A stretch of DNA of 63,810 nt, the filler included, from Octopus bimaculoides (taxonomy: Eukaryota), in NCBI RefSeq assembly GCF_001194135.2. It is 12 parts of 9 records of this genome, joined end to end, with 100 filler letters (N's around TTAATTAATTAA, not from the genome) between each part and the next. Parts side by side here need not be neighbours in the genome. Positions count along the whole stretch, not along the records: positions 38,536 to 42,447 come from NC_068981.1; positions 42,548 to 52,783 come from NC_068996.1; positions 52,884 to 56,006 come from NC_068989.1; 9 more parts are not named here. One strand, given 5' to 3'. Positions within the stretch are counted from its first letter, which is position 1; every line of letters starts with the position of its first letter. The position numbers were made by a program, and so were the translations under genes. The notes under the pieces are model-generated. The model was not told where the DNA came from. It did not search any database and saw only the letters and a program-made list of their open reading frames with translations. Shown here piece after piece: positions 39,446 to 54,730 of this stretch.

Positions 39446-39794
39446 CACCGTCTAAGTAATTCAGCGTTCCCTAAACACTTGCACCCGTCACATAACCCTT
39501 ACTGGAAGCCGGGTCGAAACACTCTGTAACAAAGATGGTCCCTTGGGAATTAACTTCACAGGCAACCCACCCGCTAGGCCGGGTCCCATTGTTTCTTCTT
39601 CCTAACTTATTTTACTCACTCACCTTGATGATTCGACGACAACGACGACGGCCACGATGACCACGGTGACCACGAGAACCATGACAACGGCAGCCACGAC
39701 CACCACCACGACGGCCACTACTACGACGATGATAGTGATGATGATGAGGATGACAACAATAACAACGGCAGCAACGAAGACGAGTATGATTATA

Positions 39795-39825
<31 letters not shown>

Positions 39826-39924
39826 GAGCGATAATGATGGCGTCGCTGGCTGCTTGTCGCAACGGCAGCGGAGAAATGAGAATATATTCCGTTGACTGCG
39901 TGAATAATAACTGAAGCAAACGCG

Positions 39925-40330
39925 TGAGTATTTAACTGAAATATTTATTGCTGGACATAAAGATATTTGGTGTTGGCTATTTACAATGGACAATATGAAT
40001 AATTGCTTACTGGAAGAACGACAATCTGCTCCAAAATTATAGAAAGCTACCTCTGTGTGACAACGTGCGGTCGGTCCAAAATTATACGAAGTCAACTGTG
40101 AAAATCTCCGTGGCGACTGAGATCTGTTGGCCGATTGCGTAGCAAGATTGGAGGCGCGTTAGTTCGCGAGCCGCCTTCAACACTCTGGGATTAGAAAAGC
40201 GTCAAGGACGGATTTTACAGGCGATTCAAAGCACATTCGAGTAAACCATATCACGCCATAGCCTCATGGCCAATTTATAGACCGATAACGTGAACTTATG
40301 CTGGTTCACTCGCGATGTCTGACCGAGTGT
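39925..40330 (+). mobile_element. Decayed Tc1/mariner-superfamily transposase N-terminus (HTH region)
   Basis: Fragments resembling KII.K...GSV...SSR....LGL...RIL, similar in layout to 48800-49450. Heavily frameshifted. Confidence 0.4.
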
Positions 40331-40616
40331 CTAGCGTTTAGGCTTCGAGTCAATTCTACAATAACAATGATAATGATGACGTGGATGATTACTAAGATGA
40401 GGATGACGATGACGGTGGTGAATAGGAGGGGGACGATGACGATAATAGGGAAGAGAATGATGACGAAAACGGCGATGATGATGACGATAAATGGCTATTA
40501 TAACGAATGAGATTTATGTTATTGTAAATGTGAAAATTGTAAATTTCATGGCTTTGACTGTCACATCGAACATACAAAGGGAGCCTATTGTTTCTTTCTC
40601 CGCGCTTTCTCTCCCC

Positions 40617-40697
<81 letters not shown>

Positions 40698-40718
40698 CTA
40701 CCTACCTACCTACCTATG

Positions 40719-40769
<51 letters not shown>

Positions 40770-41260
40770 GTCAATCTAACGAAAAAAACTTATGATTTAG
40801 GTGGGTAGTTTCATGTCTCAGATACACAAACACACACATACGCACGCGCATACATATGTATAGCAAAATTTGTGTGTGTCTGTGTCTTTACACAGACACA
40901 CACAAATTTTGCTATACATATGTATGTGCGTGTGTATGTGTATATATATATGCATACGTATATATATGTATGTATAAAGATACATTCATAATATATATAT
41001 ATATGCCTATAAATACCTGTGCATATATACAGAGAGAAAAAGAAAGAAAGAGTATGTGAGTTTGTGGTAAAGTTTTATTGTAGCAAAATAATTGCGTGTA
41101 AAGAGTTAGTTTGATTCTATAAGTTTTTACGAGAATCATAAAGAGGCTTGCAGTAAGAAACTAGACTTGTCACCTCGCGCAGGACATTTTGTATGGCTTC
41201 CATAAGCTTGGCTTTATCTATGGTTTCTGACACCAGTGAGACGTAATAAATCACAGCCTA

Positions 41261-41361
<101 letters not shown>

Positions 41362-42549
41362 GTCTATCTGTCTGTCTCTATCTATCTATCTATCTATTTA
41401 CCATTGTCTGTCAGCATACATGAGTTGGTGACGTATATAGATATAAATGCGAGTGTATGTGGTTATGTGTGTGTGTGTGTGTGTGTGTTTATCCCGAAGG
41501 CTCTGAAAGGGTACGTCCTCGAGAAAAACGAATTTGATTTTCGAATTCTGCGTCTCACAATGTCGTTCGTAAACGATAAAAAAAAATTGTGCGAGAAATA
41601 ACCCAATACTTCCACTATCCATCACCATCAATCTATCTTTCAATATCTATTTACCTTACACTTTAATACTCGCTCTCTGTGTGTATCTATTAATTCTCAC
41701 CTATTGCTTTCATTTTAAACTAATGCTTAATTTCATTTTATCACAGCTATCCCGTACAAAAGTCCTGTTTTCTAATTGGGTAAAAATGATCAAACTTTAA
41801 ACCTCAGTAAAATTTTTCTAAAATTTTTGTCTGGAACAAATGAATAAAAATCTCTGATTCATCCTGTAAAAGTACATCAATTTACCAAATTTGAAAAATT
41901 TCACTTAATTTTAATATTTCAAAATCTGTGACAGCGACAGAAAAGATCTCTAATTTTCTTTTGTTTGTCTCTTTCATTTTCTCATAGTAAACTTTCTCAC
42001 TCTATAAAAATATATAAACTCATACTGAGTATGTGTGATATAGTCTTCGGCCACTAAGGTCTGATTCAGATCCCAATGGCCGAAGACTAGCCACACGCTT
42101 GAAACTCAGAGTTTCAAGGAGTGCGAATCAAACTGTTTTGATCTATACACGTAACTCCTAATAAATTCTTTCGTTTGTCTACTCGTATACGTATATATAT
42201 ATATATATATATATACATACATACACACACATACACATATATATATATATACATATATATATACATATATATATACATAATTTCACATATGTACGAGTAT
42301 GCAAATTTATATATGTACATTTATACACATATACACATAAACACATACGCAGTCACACAAATATGTATACATATGTATACATATATGTATATATACGTAT
42401 GTATATACACACACACACACACACACACATACATACATATATATATANNNNNNNNNNNNNNNNNNNNNNNNNNNNNNNNNNNNNNNNNNNNTTAATTAAT
42501 TAANNNNNNNNNNNNNNNNNNNNNNNNNNNNNNNNNNNNNNNNNNNNAT

Positions 42550-43349
42550 ATACGTATATTTACCAAAATTACATAAAAGTATTTTGAAATACTAAAGAGT
42601 AAATTTATTCAATAAAATCGCCATTGGCTTCAACCACGGCCTCCAGATAACTTAGGAATCTCCTGAAACTTTTCTCCTTGTTTAAATTGATGAATGCTGC
42701 TTTCAGTTCATCTTTGGTGTTACAAGGAGTTTTGTTGGTCTCTCGTTCAACTGTGCTCCACACATAATACTCAAGGGGTTTGCAGTCTGGAGAGTTAGGT
42801 GACCAGATGTTAGGGATGATGTGGTCGCAGAAATTATCTGACAGCCATGACTGGGTTCTCCTGCTTGTGTGGCATGGTGCATAGTCCTGTCGCCAGACAT
42901 AGGGTCTTCTAGCAGCCACTCTCTTGACCAAGGGCAGCACTACCTCCTCCATGCACTTGATGTAGGCCTCCGTGTTGAGTCTAAAGCCGTCTGAGTGGAT
43001 GAATGGCGGCATAACGTCGTCATCACTAGTGATCAATCCAAACACCATGATGTTGACTGGATGTTTGATTTTAATCACTCTCGGTACATATTTTGGGAAA
43101 CGGCAAGCCAACGGTTGTTCTGTGAGTTCACCATTTGTTTATATTGGAGCTTCTGGTGCGAATGTCAAGCAGTACAGCATGTCGTTCCAAAATTTCTGGC
43201 AGAGTGAATTGTGTCATGGTGCTGTTTTTCTCACAGACGTTGTCCAACTGACCCTACTATACTATGTAATCGACAGAATCAAACCAAACAATGCACATGC
43301 GCAAAAATAAAATTATAAAATGGTGACAATTTACCCATCGCACCCTGTA
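42550..43349 (-). mobile_element. maT (DD37D-type) transposon remnant with one visible TIR
   Basis: ORF 42605-43111 has VMPP...QDYAPCHTS...WSPNSPDCKPLEYYVW, with 37 residues between D and E. The terminus TA-CAGGGTGCGATGGG is at 43349-43334. The other end is not recognisable next to the gap. Confidence 0.88.
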
Positions 43350-43433
43350 TATGTTAAAATGAGATGTCACTGTTATTTTCATTTTTGTGTAATTTAGACG
43401 ACAATATATTCACTGCACCGTATATATATATGT

Positions 43434-43473
<40 letters not shown>

Positions 43474-44323
43474 ATGTATGTATAAACCATTGAGATCATG
43501 TAAGTTTTATTATCACAGGCGTGGGTGTTTNNNNNNNNNNNNNNNNNNNNNNNNNNNNNNNNNNNNNNNNNNNNNNNNNNNNNNNNNNNNNNNNNNNNNN
43601 NNNNNNNNNNNNNNNNNNNNNNNNNNNNNNNNNNNNNNNNNNNNNNNNNNNNNNNNNNNNNNNNNNNNNNNNNNNNNNNNNNNNNNNNNNNNNNNNNNNN
43701 NNNNNNNNNNNNNNNNNNNNNNNNNNNNNNNNNNNNNNNNNNNNNNNNNNNNNNNNNNNNNNNNNNNNNNNNNNNNNNNNNNNNNNNNNNNNNNNNNNNN
43801 NNNNNNNNNNNNNNNNNNNNNNNNNNNNNNNNNNNNNNNNNNNNNNNNNNNNNNNNNNNNNNNNNNNNNNNNNNNNNNNNNNNNNNNNNNNNNNNNNNNN
43901 NNNNNNNNNNNNNNNNNNNNNNNNNNNNNNNNNNNNNNNNNNNNNNNNNNNNNNNNNNNNNNNNNNNNNNNNNNNNNNNNNNNNNNNNNNNNNNNNNNNN
44001 NNNNNNNNNNNNNNNNNNNNNNNNNNNNNNNNNNNNNNNNNNNNNNNNNNNNNNNNNNNNNNNNNNNNNNNNNNNNNNNNNNNNNNNNNNNNNNNNNNNN
44101 NNNNNNNNNNNNNNNNNNNNNNNNNNNNNNNNNNNNNNNNNNNNNNNNNNNNNNNNNNNNNNNNNNNNNNNNNNNNNNNNNNNNNNNNNNNNNNNNNNNN
44201 NNNNNNNNNNNNNNNNNNNNNNNNNNNNNNNNNNNNNNNNNNNNNNNNNNNNNNNNNNNNNNNNNNNNNNNNNNNNNNNNNNNNNNNNNNNNNNNNNNNN
44301 NNNNNNNNNNNNNNNNNNNNNNN

Positions 44324-44372
<49 letters not shown>

Positions 44373-45696
44373 ATATATATGTACATACACACACAAAACA
44401 AAACATACAAGCTTACATGTGTACGTGAATGTTTAAATATTTAATAAATACATGCTGCTTTTGGAATTGACACACAGGTATGTATGTTTGTTTTGTGTGT
44501 GTACACAGGTGTACGCATGTACGGGGTGTCAGGGAGAGAGTTGGGTGAGGAAGGGCCAGACTTCCAGATGGAATCTAGTAAACTGAACAGCTGTTATGAA
44601 TGCGTAAGTACGTGTGTGTATATGCATGAATAAGTTGTGTGTATGTATGTGCGTATGTGTGTCTATACATACACACACACACACACATATGCATATATAA
44701 ATGCATGTATGTATGTATGTATGTATGTACGTACGTATGTATGTATGTATACTGACACTAGGTGAGAGCTAGATATGCTCAGCATACAAAACAGTAGAAC
44801 TAAAATGAACTTGAACTTAAAACTCCGAGATTTTCATTCCAGAGCAAGGCTCTCGCCTTCAAGTGTGACTTCAGGAGAAATCCAAAACGAGTTGATATGT
44901 GAGTAGTCATGCAGATAAAAACAATTACGCTTAATATATATATATATGTATATATATATATACACACATGTTTATGAGTGTCTGTATACATACATATATC
45001 TACATATATTCATAGACGTATATATATATAGATTCATACATACATACGCACGCACATACGCACACTCGCACATATGCACATGCGCACACATGCACATACG
45101 CGCGCACGCACACACACATATTTATATCTGCAGGGAACAAAGAATATAGAAAAATGTGAAGAAAATACGTAATTTCTCAACTCAACAGCTGTTTTAGGAC
45201 GCTCAGAATTACGTAATAATACCAATAATAATAATAACAATAATAATAATAATAATAATAATAATACCAATAATAGTAATAACAATAATAATAATAATGA
45301 TAATAACAATAATAATAATAATAACAATAATAATAATATTAACAATGATAATAATAATAATAACAATAATAATAATATTAACAATGATAATAATAATAAT
45401 AACAATAATAAAAATAATAACAATGATAATAATAATAACAATATTTTGCAGATAAAATATGCAATAAGTCATTGGTATGTAACTGGTAACCAGTCACATG
45501 GCGATATTACAAAAGTCTGCTCCCATTGCGCTGCGAAACTATTACGAAAACCATTCTTCTCTTGACTAAACCATTTTGATTTCAATTTTCATTTTCTTTT
45601 ATTTATTGTATGAGTCATTTTTTAAGACGTTAGGGAACAATTTGGGGAAATTTTTCTTGCTACTTCTAACAGGTGGAGCGACTGCGCTGGCTTGCG

Positions 45697-45742
<46 letters not shown>

Positions 45743-46065
45743 GTTACTGTTAATCTCTTTCATTTGATGCTCTTTGGCAAATGAACGAAAATCATTACTA
45801 TTATTGTTGTAGCTTATGTGGTTACTTTATTCCAATTCTAGTTAAGAAAGGCGGCGAAGAATAAAAACGTTTAAGCCGTGACCCATACTGTTTTCTAGTG
45901 AATCAGACACTGAACATTTGGGACGGCATAGTCCAAGGTACATTTATTTCTTGTTGTTGGTGTTGCTTTTGTTGTTATTGGACAATGAAATGATAAATGG
46001 AAAAAAAACAAAAAATATAAAGGGATGGTTACAACTAAAACATCTTTCGTCATAATCCTGCACTA

Positions 46066-46465
46066 GGCGCAGGAGTGGCTGTGTGGTAAGTAACTTGCTT
46101 ACTAACCACATGGTTCCGGGTTCAGTCCCACTGCGTGGCACCTTGGGCAAGTGTCTTCTACTATAGCCTCGGGCCGACCAAAGCCTTGTGAGTGGATTTG
46201 GTAGATGGAAACTGAAAGAAGCCCGTCGTATATATGTATATATATATGTATGTGTGTATATGTTGTGTATCTGTGTTTGTCCCCCAACATTGCTTGACAA
46301 CCGATGCTGGTGTGTTCACGTCTCCGTAACTTAGCGGTTCGGCAAAAAGAGACCGATAGAATAAGTACTAGGCTTACAAAGAATAAGTCCTAGGGTCGAT
46401 TTGATTCGACTAAAGGTGGTGCTCCAGCATGGCCGCAGTCAAATGACTGAAACAAGTTAAAGAAT
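46066..46465 (+). mobile_element. SINE family C (tRNA head, CORE-like block, internal (TA)n/(TG)n, 3' domain), full length
   Basis: ggcgcaggagtggctgtgtggt...ggttccgggttcagtccc...gcaccttgggcaagtgtcttc; 3' end aatgactgaaacaag. Confidence 0.9.
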
Positions 46466-46865
46466 TGTAGCAGACATGAAGCAAAACATCAACAACATTC
46501 CTGGTCGAGTTTGGTTTGCAACGCTTGGAAAAGCGCAAACGCTGCTTGTTTTCGTTGTTGTTGATGTTGTTGTTACTGCTGTTGCTGTTGCTTTTGCTGC
46601 CGCTATTTCTTAACTCATCGTCAAGGAAACCTATAACCCGAGGCATACAAGCCATCTTCCACTATGCTCAGACATAATAAATATGATGTTATAAACACTT
46701 TGTGTGTGTGGGGGGGGCGTGTGTGTGTGTTGTATGTGAGAGAGAGAGAATTTTGAGAGAAAAGCTGTTCCTCATACATGTGAATTTATGTATGTGTGTT
46801 TGTATATATATGTGTGTGTATATATATATGTGTGTGTATGTATACATACACACACACACATAGAT

Positions 46866-46902
<37 letters not shown>

Positions 46903-48799
46903 CTTTTACATATACATTCATTCTTCTACATAGGCGCGCGCGCGCGTATACACAAACACACTCATACACAGACACACACACATACACACTTCTGAACTGT
47001 TTTCTAGCCATGTTAACCATGTTAGTTAAAACAAATTAAAAGACTAACAACATATATACATGCAATATACACAATATACATACTTACTTCTTCATATATA
47101 TCGCGTTCCACTGTGCAAATTTACCTGAAGACACGGAACATTCATTCATTCAATGACAAACTTAACATTTCTTCGACTGCTATAATCTGTTGTTTTTCCG
47201 GTATTGCCAAAATTTCGAAAAACAAATTTAAAAAACAAAAAAAAGTAAATCCCCAAAAGAAAGTACGTAGAATTAAAGTCAATAGAAGAAAAAATGTAAA
47301 CTTGTAATTAAATTAACTTTAAAAACTAAGATCTCTTCTACTTCCTATGAAAATAGGTTTGAACATGTGCTGAGTGGCATATCTCGAATCTGTAATTAGT
47401 TTCTGATAAGAGCGGCATTTATTTTGTAATGCTTAAATCAAATCGCTAAGGCGTTGGATTAAGTCTGTAAGTTTTCAGAGCGATTAAATACGTTAAGCTG
47501 AATAAGTTAATCAACCCTGACACTAACTCTTCCTGCCAACCTTCAAGAAATGCCGCCTCTTTTTTTATCTATTTAGTAAGTTGATTTTTATCTATCATGT
47601 CTCTTGTTTACTTCCTGTCAGTTTTCGTTTCCTTTCATTTCTGTCTTTCGCTATTTCATTCTTGTACTCTAACTTCCTAACTTCATCACTTCCAAACATC
47701 TCTTTCCAACACCCTTTTCTTTTTGTTCTCATGCATTTTTATGCCCATAATTATGAATAAACTGAATATTTTGCCTCCATTGTATGGATGTTAATCGATC
47801 GTGTATGCAATTTTAACTTTGAACCGTCACAAACTGCGTGTTGGACTTTGTGCCTCCACTTCATTGTGCCATGACCACATAACTTAAAGACTGACCAATC
47901 AATAACCATCATGTGCTTCTGCGCATCGTCAAGTCCTTCAGCTATTTGTAAACGGATATTCATTTTCCAGTTCCGAATGAAATATTACTGTGTTTAATTT
48001 ATCCAATCATTCGACGTCATGATTCTCCACATTCATTTTGACGCATAACACTTTATAGCAAGCATGTTATCACACATACGCATACATAATCTTACATATA
48101 GACTATCAGTGTAAGGTTCTTTCTCCACACAAAGCCTGAGATCGAAAAGAATGCTTTCGCACACAAATGCATCTGCGGAAACAAATAGGCACACAAAGAC
48201 ACACTTATGTCAAATTATTGTTTAAAACATTTTTCACAGGCAGATTTGAAGTTTTTTTGAAATATTTGCATTCATATTAATTTGGTGGTGGTGATGGTGG
48301 TGGTGGTGGTGNNNNNNNNNNNNNNNNNNNNNNNNNNNNNNNNNNNNNNNNNNNNNNNNNNNNNNNNNNNNNNNNNNNNNNNNNNNNNNNNNNNNNNNNN
48401 NNNNNNNNNNNNNNNNNNNNNNNNNNNNNNNNNNNNNNNNNNNNNNNNNNNNNNNNNNNNNNNNNNNNNNNNNNNNNNNNNNNNNNNNNNNNNNNNNGTG
48501 GTGGTGCTACTGCAGATCATTCCTGATTCGATTGACTTATGATCAAAAACTTTCCAGCCATGGCAATCCAGTTGTGCTGGAATACTCTATATTCAATATA
48601 CCCTTTCATTATCGAAGGCGACGGTATAATATAATTTGAGTAAGATGTAGTTGCTATTTCAAATAGATGGAGCAATACGTAGAAGCTTCCTTAATGGTTG
48701 GAAATTTATTGAAGAGGTGAGACTGTGAAGTTCATGCATTTCCCTATGAAGATGATATACATACGATACATATAAAATTCAAATGAGTTCGCACTCGCC

Positions 48800-49450
48800 A
48801 ATACATATTGTAGAGCAAGCAAAACAAAATGGCTACAATAAAGTCACTATTTGACGACTTCGTCTTCTGAAAATTTAAAAACGCAGTCGAGATGCAAAGA
48901 CTGTTCAGGAAGGTACTTCAAACATCGAGCCACGCGATTTATTATCATTCGAATTAGAAATAAGTTTGAAGCAGATAGAACTGTTCAGACGGAAGACCGC
49001 AAACATCGCAGAGTCACAAAGCAAGAAAAGGTACTAAAAACGTATTGTTACAGTTCAAGAAAATCTGTGTTGCAAGGGAATCGTAAGATAGGAATTTCAA
49101 AATCAAGCGCCCATCGCATTATGAAGCGTTGTCATTGGAGAACTTACATCTAAACAATAGTCCATGGTCTCAATGAAGATGATCCGGACCGCAGAATGGT
49201 GTTTTGCGAGTGTTTTTTACAAAATGTGTAGAAGATGCACACTTTCCAACAAAGATTGTTTGGAGTGACGAGGCTATATATAAATTAAATAGATCGATTA
49301 AACGACACAACTGCACCTATTGGGAATCTGAGAATCCGCAAATAATGGAAGTATATCATCTTAATTTAATAGGAGTTACAAATGGTTCAGCTTACCTAAA
49401 AAATGAATAAGCGGAACATTCTTTCTGATGATGCTATGACTGGTCCCATT
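48800..49450 (+). mobile_element. Tc1/mariner-superfamily transposase remnant (DD41D/rosa-like), N-terminal half
   Basis: [11 protein letters not shown]...[11 protein letters not shown]...[14 protein letters not shown]...[26 protein letters not shown]. Confidence 0.8.
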
Positions 49451-49471
49451 TATTTCAATTTATACAGATGG

Positions 49472-49686
49472 ATTATTCAAAATCCTAAGAATCCCTCTCA
49501 ACACATGGCTACGATGCTCCTCTACTACTCCTGCTCGTGATCAGAGATGCACATATCGTCAGCCACCAAGGGGCGTGCTCAACTGGTTAAGGTAGTATTG
49601 AGCAGAATATTTGCTGTAGCCCATCTTTTATGCCAAGACAAATAATGTACATGATAACACTTCCAATCAGCTAAGATCAGAAGCCA
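49472..49686 (-). mobile_element. Family D repeat, abutting (ATT)n(AGT)n
   Basis: Homologous to 4497-4733. Confidence 0.8.
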
Positions 49687-49687
49687 A

Positions 49688-51767
<2,080 letters not shown>

Positions 51768-51769
51768 CA

Positions 51770-51824
<55 letters not shown>

Positions 51825-51834
51825 NNNNNNNNNN

Positions 51835-51884
<50 letters not shown>

Positions 51885-51892
51885 CATCATCA

Positions 51893-51947
<55 letters not shown>

Positions 51948-52394
51948 GGCCGTCAGCCTGTGAAGTCATATATGTTGGATCTCCGTAATTTGTAAGTGTT
52001 TAACCAAGCATTTCGGCTGGTTGCTGCCAGTTTATTCAAAATTTTATTTAACAAGTATTTTGCTTACATTGTCTGGATCGTGGTGGTAACATTTTGTGTA
52101 ATTGCACCCCCTTTTGAGGGTGGTATAATAATTGCTTTGCATTTTTGCATTTTTTGTGAAGACAGAATTCTATGCAGTTTTCCAATTTTAAAAAGTGTCG
52201 GATTTGGTAAAAATAATAATCGACCAAGAGCAACATTTTGTTGAAACTCCGAAAACAAAACACAGCCGAAGGTGAAATGAATTTCTCGCCAAACAGGAAT
52301 ATAATTTCTTCTTCTTGCTACGACAACAGTAACAAGTGAAAAAAGTACTGGCAGCAACGATAATGAAGACGACGACTACAGCAACAGCAACTAG

Positions 52395-52783
52395 GGTTTA
52401 GTACACAGAAGAAAGGCAGCGGACGCGAGGTTCTGCAAAAACTTGACGACGGCCACTGAAATACGAGAGGCGATGAGCGATTGCACAAGTCGCAAATCGC
52501 CAGGTTTAGATGGTTTGCCTTATGAACTCTATGTATTCATGCCAGATTTGTTTGGCGACCTCTTGCCAGACGTTTACCGCAACTGACAACAGAACGAAAT
52601 AATTCCTAGTGCTGTTAGTAGGGCTGTGGTGACACAGCTGAAGAGGGACGCCAACAGTGGAGACATACTAAGGAATTTTCAACCCATAACTCTGCTAAAC
52701 ACAGAGTCTAAGATTTTGGCCAAGGTGTTCGCGAAAAGGTTGGCGCTTGTCATTGGTAGTGTAGTAGGGGAAGCACAACGTGC
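52395..52783 (+). mobile_element. L1/Tx1-clade LINE reverse transcriptase N-terminal fragment
   Basis: KSPGLDGLPYELY and NFQPITLLNTESKILAKVFAKRL. Truncated by a gap. Confidence 0.88.
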
Positions 52784-52883
52784 NNNNNNNNNNNNNNNNN
52801 NNNNNNNNNNNNNNNNNNNNNNNNNNNTTAATTAATTAANNNNNNNNNNNNNNNNNNNNNNNNNNNNNNNNNNNNNNNNNNNN

Positions 52884-53160
52884 TCGGGCCAACCAAAATG
52901 TTGTGAGTGGATTTGGTAGAAGGAAACTGAAAGAAGCTCGTCGTATATATATATATATATGTTTGTGTGTCTGTATTTGTTCCCCCTCCATCGCTTGACA
53001 ATTGATGTTGGTGTTTGCGTCCCCGTAAGCTAGCGGTTCGGCAGAAGAGAACGATAAAATAAGTACTAGGGTCACAAAGAATAAATCCTGGGGTCAATTT
53101 GTTCGACTAAAGGCGGTGCTCCAGCATGGCCGCAGCAATCAAATGACTGAAACAAAAGAA
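52884..53160 (+). mobile_element. SINE family C, 5' part lost in the gap
   Basis: Homologous to 46170-46465. Confidence 0.88.
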
Positions 53161-53995
53161 AGTACATATATATATATATTGATAGGAAGGACGACAAAAG
53201 AAAGAAAGCGACCTCGATATTATGTAAATAGAGGAATTTTTCTGTAAAATATTATTCGGTAGCCATGATAAAACACCGAGTTTCGGATGCCGGGGTGTGA
53301 ACCCACGCCAACATCTCTTCAGTTATTCGGCCATTGAAAATTCCTGTGAAAAATGACCCTTCATCTTGTTCCAGGATAAACTTGCCTTCAACCAGAGACG
53401 GGAGCCTTTGAATTCCCGCAGACATGCTACGAGGTATAAAATGTCGTCTGATAAAATACCATAGGGATAATAATAATATTTGACTTTCGCATTTGATTTT
53501 GGCTTTACCACCTAAAAGCAGGCATCATTTTGTATAATATCGCACTTATATTTTACATTTTTTGACCTTCAGGAAAACTTTCGACTGTTTACAGTCTTTA
53601 TTATTATTTTATTCTTATTTTATTTTCATTAAGTTTTCTCATTTAAGTTTCGCCGATGCCAAAATTTATATCATATATTATTACACTATGAATTTGAGTA
53701 TATCAATGACTCTTTCAATCCACAATTTGAAGTTACACTCTTTTAATATTCAGTACACCACACTGTTTTAAATATACTCCTGTGCGTATATACTTTATGG
53801 TGTATATACGTTTGTTTAAGTGAGTATGTATGTATATTTCATGTGTACGTTCGCAGGCTTGGCCTTTTATGCGGAAAGTTTAGCTGTATCTTTTCTTTAC
53901 TGTTTGTTCTTTTTCTTTCCATCCTCTTTCTTCCTTATAGTAAGATACTTTACGGCGGGCAGTTAAATCCTTTCTCTTTTTCTATCTTTATTTTC

Positions 53996-54028
<33 letters not shown>

Positions 54029-54147
54029 TTGCTCCATTCTACCGTTTCTTTTTCTTCCAACAACGACCTCTTATTCTTATTCTGATTCTTTCTAACGTGT
54101 AGCAATGGAGTTGCGACTTCACAACATACGCACGATGATGTATGATG

Positions 54148-54181
<34 letters not shown>

Positions 54182-54218
54182 CATAGTTACCTATATATAC
54201 ATTAGTATATATATTCAT

Positions 54219-54730
54219 TGTGCATCTGAAAATCTCATCTACGTCATAATGTGTTCCGGCTGCACTAGGAATTATATAAGTTCAACATGAATGTCCCTAA
54301 AACGCATATCTACACTACACACACAACAAATCTACCACCCCCAATACCGTCAAATACCACTCACAATTCACAATATTCCTACTATACCAATGCACGGAAA
54401 GGACCTCAGCTCAACAACGACTAAATAAAGAGGTTACATTTATTGAAAACTACAAGCAGAACTTAGCATAAATATATAATGGACTTCACAAATAAAAAGA
54501 CCAACCAGAAAAAAGGAAAAAAGATTTACTTCTCCTTAGCTAAGAAATATCAAATCTACTGATTATCCCTTTTGCTAAGACATTTTATTCACTGATTATC
54601 CCCCTTGAGCTGTACTCTCCTGTACAACCGCAAAACTGCATCATACCTGCCTCTATGCAGGATTACATCAAAAACTCATGATTTCATAACATTGAGTCAT
54701 GATTAGCGAAGCAAAACCGGTCGACTCTAT
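54219..54730 (+). mobile_element. Penelope-like element 3' remnant (GIY-YIG plus terminal region)
   Basis: CASENLIYVIMCSGCTRNYISST (54219-54290) and FTIFLLYQC...RLNKEVTFIENYKQNL (54367-54470) match the N- and C-terminal PLE GIY-YIG motifs. Confidence 0.78.
54694..54727 (+). ncRNA. Degenerate minimal type I hammerhead ribozyme
   Basis: GAGTC-atgatta-GC(gaa)GC-aaaa-C(cg)G-TC-GACTC. All three stems and spacings are canonical. Core substitutions C3A, G8U, G12A. Confidence 0.7.
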
